From contig CH464491.1 of NCBI GenBank assembly GCA_000002445.1, positions 5,152,001-5,216,000 of the forward strand: DNA of 64,000 bases, in the 5' to 3' direction. Positions 58,626 to 64,000 of this stretch are shown here, piece by piece. Source of the DNA: Trypanosoma brucei. Its lineage: Eukaryota. Within the stretch, counting starts at the first letter, position 1. Every line of letters begins with the position of its first letter. Made by a program: the position numbers and the translations under genes. A model generated the notes under the pieces. That model was not told where the DNA came from and ran no database searches. It saw nothing but the letters and a program-made list of their open reading frames with translations.

Positions 58626-58892
58626 CACTACTTATTATAACCCTAAATAATGTTGATTAAATTAAAAATTTAAAATAGCACTCATCCTTCATACAATATA
58701 GCGCTACTACTTTACAGACACAGGCCACAATGATATCTAATTTTAAATTTGAGTTTTTCAGTGGTTTTACTAAAAAGCGTTAAAACATATCAAATCTTGG
58801 AAAATTTGTTAATTATATTAAATTCTATCAAAGCAGCAAAATTACGTAAATTTTTATAAAATTGAGCAAAAAACCTCAATATGCTAAGAAAC

Positions 58893-60405
58893 TCATGTAA
58901 GATGCAGCATTTGCAGAAATTTTCTTATTTGCAAGAATACTGTAATCTTTGTATTGTTTTCCCCCAAATTTACATTTATGAGCTTTGGTGCAGTCTGGTT
59001 CCAATTTTTATGTGCACTTAGGGTCAGTTTTCTCATCTTTTCCTGTTTCTTGCCTTTATTTTCTTTATTTTTCACTTTTTGTCAAGTTACATTTTGGTTT
59101 ATCTCTTTTTTCGTCGTAAGTACATCCTGTTTTCTTTCTACATTCATTTTTATCGTCTTCTGCTTTGTTGCACTCTTTCTCTTCACTTATTTCTGCTTTC
59201 TTGTTTTCCTTATCCTCTTTTAGCTTTTTAAGTTCAGCTTCCAGTTTTTTCAATTCGGCCGCTTTTGCTCGCATGTAGTAACTCATAGTTGCTTGCAGTG
59301 TTTCTATTCCTGTCACCGCATCGATCTCTTTGGCTTTGGCTCCAGTTGCGGTTATATCGGCTACTGGTGTTTTTTTTGCTACTTTCCATATTTCTGGGGC
59401 GTTGCTTCCATCAGCTTTAAATAACTCTGTTAGTTTTTTGGGGGCCGCCGTTTCCAAGCCTGCTACTGTTATATCTGGGTTTGTGTCTTTAAGTGCGCGT
59501 TTTACCTCCGCTAGAGCTGCCGCGTCGAGTGCAGCTGCTTTTAGGAGGGTGTCGACATCGGTTGATGCGCTTGTCGTTTCCTTTGCCTGCACTGCTAGGC
59601 GGTCAAAATGTACCTTTTCTAGAAGCGTTGTTGCTGCTTGGCGATTGGCTCTGTTTATCTGCTGCAGGCTGTTCCGGGTTACTTGCTCGTTTGCCGTGAC
59701 CTTTAGTAGGCCAAATTCGAGGAGCGGCGTGGCTGCCGTTGAATGTCCCGCGCCGCCGCTGAGCGCCTGCTTTTTCCACATACCGCATTTGTCGGAGTCT
59801 GCGACTCCGTTGGTTGCTGTCACTGTGTCAATTTGTGCGTACCCTGTGGCTGACAGGACCGTATCTGTTATGCTCGGTTCAGTGCCGTCAAGCTGCGGTT
59901 CGCCACCCTCGCAGCCGTTTGCTTTTGTTGTAGCCGAGCCGCTGCTACTTGCCGTTTCGTCCGCACCGAGGCAATACTCTCCCACGGTTGCGCTCGTTTT
60001 TAGTAGTTGGATCGCGTCTTCAATCCCGCCCACTGCTTCCATTGCTGTGGCCGTTGCCCTCATCGCCACTGTCGTGAAAGTTTCTACTGCTGACGCCTTT
60101 GCATCTGCTTGTGCTGTCAGTCCTGCGGCAAGAGCCACGAACGCCGTGTTTTTGCTTTCTGGTGCTGTTTGTTCTGCTAGTATTTCCAGTTTTAGTGCCA
60201 GCTCCCGTCCTGCCTTGGCGCTTTCCTGTAATTTTTTTATTTTTCCATGTGCTATTGTTGGGATTTTCCTTAGTTCGCCGGCGATCCTACATAAAGGTTT
60301 CCACATTTTGTCTATAAGAGCAGGCTGGGCTGTGTCGGCATGGTTGCTGTACATAAAAACTAAAAGCGCCAGTGCCGCTGCTGCTTGGGCCACCGTCGCT
60401 TTCAT
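58893..60405 (-). pseudogene. VSG: VSG pseudogene (two C-terminal frameshifts)
   Basis: The 446-aa ORF 59065-60405 has signal peptide MKATVAQAAAALALLVFMYSNHADTAQ and ends ...CTYDEKRDKPKCNLTKSEK*. The remaining C-terminal domain and GPI signal (LEPDCTKAHKCKFGGKQYKDYSILANKKISANAASYMSFLAY*) are spread over two other frames at 58893-59075. Confidence 0.75.
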
Positions 60406-61297
60406 CCCTTGTTTTGCAATCGTATCTTCGATGAAGAAACTTTATTTAGGTGACAATTAAATGTGGGTAATGAATGAATGTGAACAGGCAGTAAGGTACC
60501 ACAAGCATGAAACAAACTACAATTTAGACTACTTTTCAAGGGACAATTACCGCATAGCCACGTTATCGCGAAACTATAGTCTAGCATACTGTCTGCAAAG
60601 AGTCATCGGGTCTTCCACCTGTTCTATATTTAGCGCCGCCCCTCAAAGACCGGAAAGTGCTACTTTTGCTCGCTAAGTATGCGTTTTCCTTTGAAATTCT
60701 AATCATTTAACGATTGCACTACTCTACCCACCTTTCCCTCTAATCTAAAAATTCCCTTTATATCCCCTCTACTGTACCGCTAAAATAAAAAGATCAAATT
60801 CTCTCTATGCTCGTACAACTCCCTTACCTTGAAGTTTAACATTTTAATAGACTATGAGATTGAAAACTACTGCGCACACTATTGCCGCTGCAGCATCTTA
60901 TTCATTCCGCATAACATTTAGCGCATCACTTCTTTCTCTTCCTGTATCATTTTGTTGTATGTTGTGCTGCTCATTATTTATCAGTTTATACGGTGTTTTT
61001 TGTACCTATTTTTTGCTTTTATGTCAGTAGTTGTGTTGATAAAGAAGAAACTTCATTATGATTGTACACTGTTTTTAGTCACTTACTGATTGTCCCCTTT
61101 CTCAACCTCCTTTTTATAGTATTTACAATTGTCATGTTCGTGTTTGGAATTGTTCATATATCTAATCTCCATTTCCGCCCTTCCGTTAATAGAATTATTC
61201 AGGTTCTTATATTGCCTCAAGTACTCTCTTCGCTCATTCAACCATTTATACTGTTTTATTTTCTTCTACACCGTTACTCAATTTAGTTTCCCATATT

Positions 61298-61380
61298 TAT
61301 TATAATATTCGTATATACACACTCACAACACTCTCCTATCACTATCATTATTATCATTATCACTATTATTACACTAGTTA
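61298..61380 (-). repeat. 70-bp repeat
   Basis: ttattataatattcgtatatacacactcacaacactctcc core plus a TAA/TGA run. Confidence 0.85.
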
Positions 61381-61659
61381 ATATCCATAAAATAGGCAAA
61401 CAAATTAAATTAGAGTAGCACTCATTTTCAAACCACATTACCATATTTCGGTACACTTTTGTTCCAAGATGTCACTTTCATATGAAAATTTCAGATATTT
61501 TTAAAAAATGTTTCACATTTTTTAAAGGTTTATGAAAAGTAATATAATATATTATTTTTTTTTAGAAAATATTATATATTCTACAAAAAAAAATATTTCC
61601 GGGAAATTTTATTATATTGAGCAAAATTTCTTTAAGAAAAAGAGGGGGAAATTTTTGTT

Positions 61660-63252
61660 TTAAAAAAGCAAGGCCACAAATGCAGCAGAAACCACGCTGA
61701 GGGCGAATTTTTTGTTGACTAGAATGGAGGAATCTTTGCAAGCATTATTCTCCCATTTGCATTCAGGAGCCTTAGTGCATTCGGGTTCTAGTTTCCCTTT
61801 GCATTTCTCTGTTGCTGCCGCTCCTCCTGCAGTTCCATCTCCTGTTGCTGGTGTTTCTGATCCCTCTACCGTTTTGATTGGATTGCACTTCTTTTCTTTT
61901 TCATCGTACGTGCATCTGTCTTTTGGGCAAGTGGCATTTTTATTGTCATGCTTGTGGCAATCCGTGGCGTCTTCTTTGGTTTCTTTTGATGCTGCTCCGC
62001 TTGCGTGTGGTTTCGACGCCGCCAACGGCATTTTTGGTCTGGTGGCGAGGTACTTGGCTTGGTGTTTTAGTGCTTCTAGTTGTATTGCTACGTGCTGTGC
62101 CTGTTGTTGTCGAGCCTCTGTTGTTTTTAATTGTTCTAGTGTTTGTGTTAGCTTAATGTACCAGTTCATCTGTTTGAGTGCTGCCGCTTGTCCTGCTGCG
62201 TAATTTGGTATTTCGACGCAAACTCCGTTGGTCGCTGCGCCGTTGCAGTTGGTGTTTTTGAATGTCCCGATATATCCTGCTGTGCTGACCGTTGTTATGC
62301 CGTTAGTAACCCCGTGAATTAATTTTTCAACACTTGCGGCCGTTGCTATGAAAGTATCTTGTTTGCCGCAAAGCTGTATTATGTCCTTAGCTTGTGTTGG
62401 CTCCGGTTGCTGAGATGCACCTGCGTTCCATGGTGTCCCGGCCGTCTTGGTTACTATGCAGGGGTCCGCTAGCCCGGCGTTATTGTCGTAGCAGATGCAT
62501 GTTATGACCGCCGATATGGATTTTGGGTTGGCGCCGCCGTTACCTGCCTTGCATGTGGCTTCCCGCGCGGCGCTTCCTGCTGGTGTCGTCCCGAACATTT
62601 GAGCGAGTGTTACTGACGTTGCTGTTGTCGAGCTGTCGCCGTATGCCGCTTCCTTCAGTGTTGCCTCGATGCTGGTTGCTGTCGGTTCGCTTTCTGGTTT
62701 GGTTTGGGCGCGGAAGTGGCTTATTAGGGCTTCCGCTTGTCGTGTTACGTCTGCCATTACGGCCCTCACTTCCGACTTGTCGTCGTCGTTTAGCTTAAGG
62801 AAGCCGCTGTTTCTTAACTCTTCGTCGGGCTGTTTGTCTTTCACAGCTGTTATTGCGGCCATCCAGTCTTGCCAGCTGCCTTCGAAACCCCGTCCTTTGA
62901 CGGATGCCTTTGTTGGGTCTGTGTGCAATTCTAGCGGGTCCGGTTTGGAAACAAACATGTCCTGCCAAGTTTTGGTTGCAACGCTCATGTTTAACTTCTG
63001 AATGTATTGGTACAATTTTTGTGGGTCAACAGATGTTGCCGGCACCTCTACTGTCGCCTCGGCTGCCCGGAAGATCGCGCAAAGGGCCTCAAACGTGTGC
63101 CGGTTGTCGCCGCTTGCTACATCGCCTGCTTCGACAGCTCTGTTACACGTTGCGACTGCCACAACTAACACAACTGCGGCTGTTTTAAATTTCTGGTGCA
63201 TCTCTCTGGCTATCTTTGAACTTTCTCGAGATTGTAGGTTGAATCGAGTCAA
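61660..63252 (-). CDS. VSG: variant surface glycoprotein, apparently intact (530-aa ORF; likely start at the internal Met at about 63201)
   Basis: Uninterrupted ORF with signal peptide [25 protein letters not shown], an N-terminal domain with conserved cysteines, and the canonical C-terminus ...[33 protein letters not shown]. Confidence 0.9.
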   Translation of the reverse strand: MTRFNLQSRESSKIAREMHQKFKTAAVVLVVAVATCNRAVEAGDVASGDNRHTFEALCAIFRAAEATVEVPATSVDPQKLYQYIQKLNMSVATKTWQDMFVSKPDPLELHTDPTKASVKGRGFEGSWQDWMAAITAVKDKQPDEELRNSGFLKLNDDDKSEVRAVMADVTRQAEALISHFRAQTKPESEPTATSIEATLKEAAYGDSSTTATSVTLAQMFGTTPAGSAAREATCKAGNGGANPKSISAVITCICYDNNAGLADPCIVTKTAGTPWNAGASQQPEPTQAKDIIQLCGKQDTFIATAASVEKLIHGVTNGITTVSTAGYIGTFKNTNCNGAATNGVCVEIPNYAAGQAAALKQMNWYIKLTQTLEQLKTTEARQQQAQHVAIQLEALKHQAKYLATRPKMPLAASKPHASGAASKETKEDATDCHKHDNKNATCPKDRCTYDEKEKKCNPIKTVEGSETPATGDGTAGGAAATEKCKGKLEPECTKAPECKWENNACKDSSILVNKKFALSVVSAAFVALLF

Positions 63253-64000
63253 AATCTTCCTCCTGTTTCAGCAATATAGAATCAGAACTGATCGGTTGAT
63301 CGCATATAAAACACAGAAAATGAACAAATTACATGCGTTACCAATCTTAACTCTCTTCATTGCGTTCTTTTCTTTTCTCCAGCATGATCGTCACAGCCCC
63401 TCAGTCATTTGTACCTTTTGCACAGACATGCAGTTGGCCTGCCAACTGGCTCTTCATATTTCATTTTTATCCTCTACATGGAGGTTGCACGTGTATATTT
63501 TGCACAATTGTGGCTTTAAGCTGTAATTGCCCATTGTATATTCCCATTATTTACAAAAAATACTACATACATACTTTGTCTTTGGCTGTAATTTTATATT
63601 GTTTCCGTTTTTGCTGGTCCTATCCTCATTGGTTTGGAGTCCTGCCAATCCTAGTCTCTTGTTCACTCAACAGTCCGCCAATATTATGTTTTTACGTGCA
63701 AGGTCTGCCTGAACATCCGCTGCTGCTCTTTACCATTTTTTGTAAACACTGTGTGCGCGTGTTACGTTGGTGCTGGTAAGGAAGGCTAGTCGCGACCGTC
63801 CTTGCTATATGCTGTCAGACGTTTTCTTTCCTGTTTTTTCCAGTGCTCGATGTGATATAAGTGACTAATCTAAATGCCACTGGTTGACCTTTTCTAAATA
63901 TAACCTGTTCTTTCTTCCTTCTCTCAAATTTCTCCTCGTCGCTGCGGTGGTAACGTTTGCTAACGAAGCATAAACATAAAAAGAAGATGAAATACTCGTG

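Noticed and set aside
59330-60460. 376-aa plus-strand ORF (and similar plus-strand ORFs at 5141-5524, 32676-33188, 61712-62203, 45885-46640)
   Set aside because: They lie antisense to well-supported minus-strand VSG genes. They are open only because of the GC/Ala-rich codon usage of the VSG sense strand, and have no signal or domain features of their own.

Overview
This window is a Trypanosoma brucei-group VSG array. Evidence: CCCTAA/TTAGGG telomere-type hexamers, canonical 70-bp repeats containing GTGTTGTGAGTGTGTATATACGAATATTATAAT and (TAA)n, GPI-anchor signals of the form ...[26 protein letters not shown], and ingi LINE elements. About 19 VSG genes, pseudogenes or fragments all lie on the minus strand. 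Each unit follows the cassette layout 70-bp repeat, co-transposed region, VSG, then a 3' region carrying the conserved 16-mer. Five VSGs look intact: 5107-6651, 15590-17071, 28835-30265, 32639-34159 and 61660-63252. The others are frameshifted, truncated or bare C-terminal fragments. Two near-identical 5.2-kb ingi non-LTR retrotransposons (9771-15022 and 50764-56028) are inserted antisense to the array. Each abuts a truncated VSG, and each encodes a 2A-like DVEENPGP peptide; copy 1 also retains a 1388-aa ORF (part of the RT domain, RNase H-like region and zinc fingers). Two paralogous ESAG3-like pseudogenes sit between a 70-bp repeat and a VSG. Three VSGs are followed about 200 bp downstream by interstitial telomere hexamers plus subtelomere-like short repeats and then a leftover VSG C-terminal fragment. 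This recurring composite looks like fossil telomeric VSG loci embedded in the array. No prokaryotic-type system is present; the interest is in the recombination architecture of this antigenic-variation locus.
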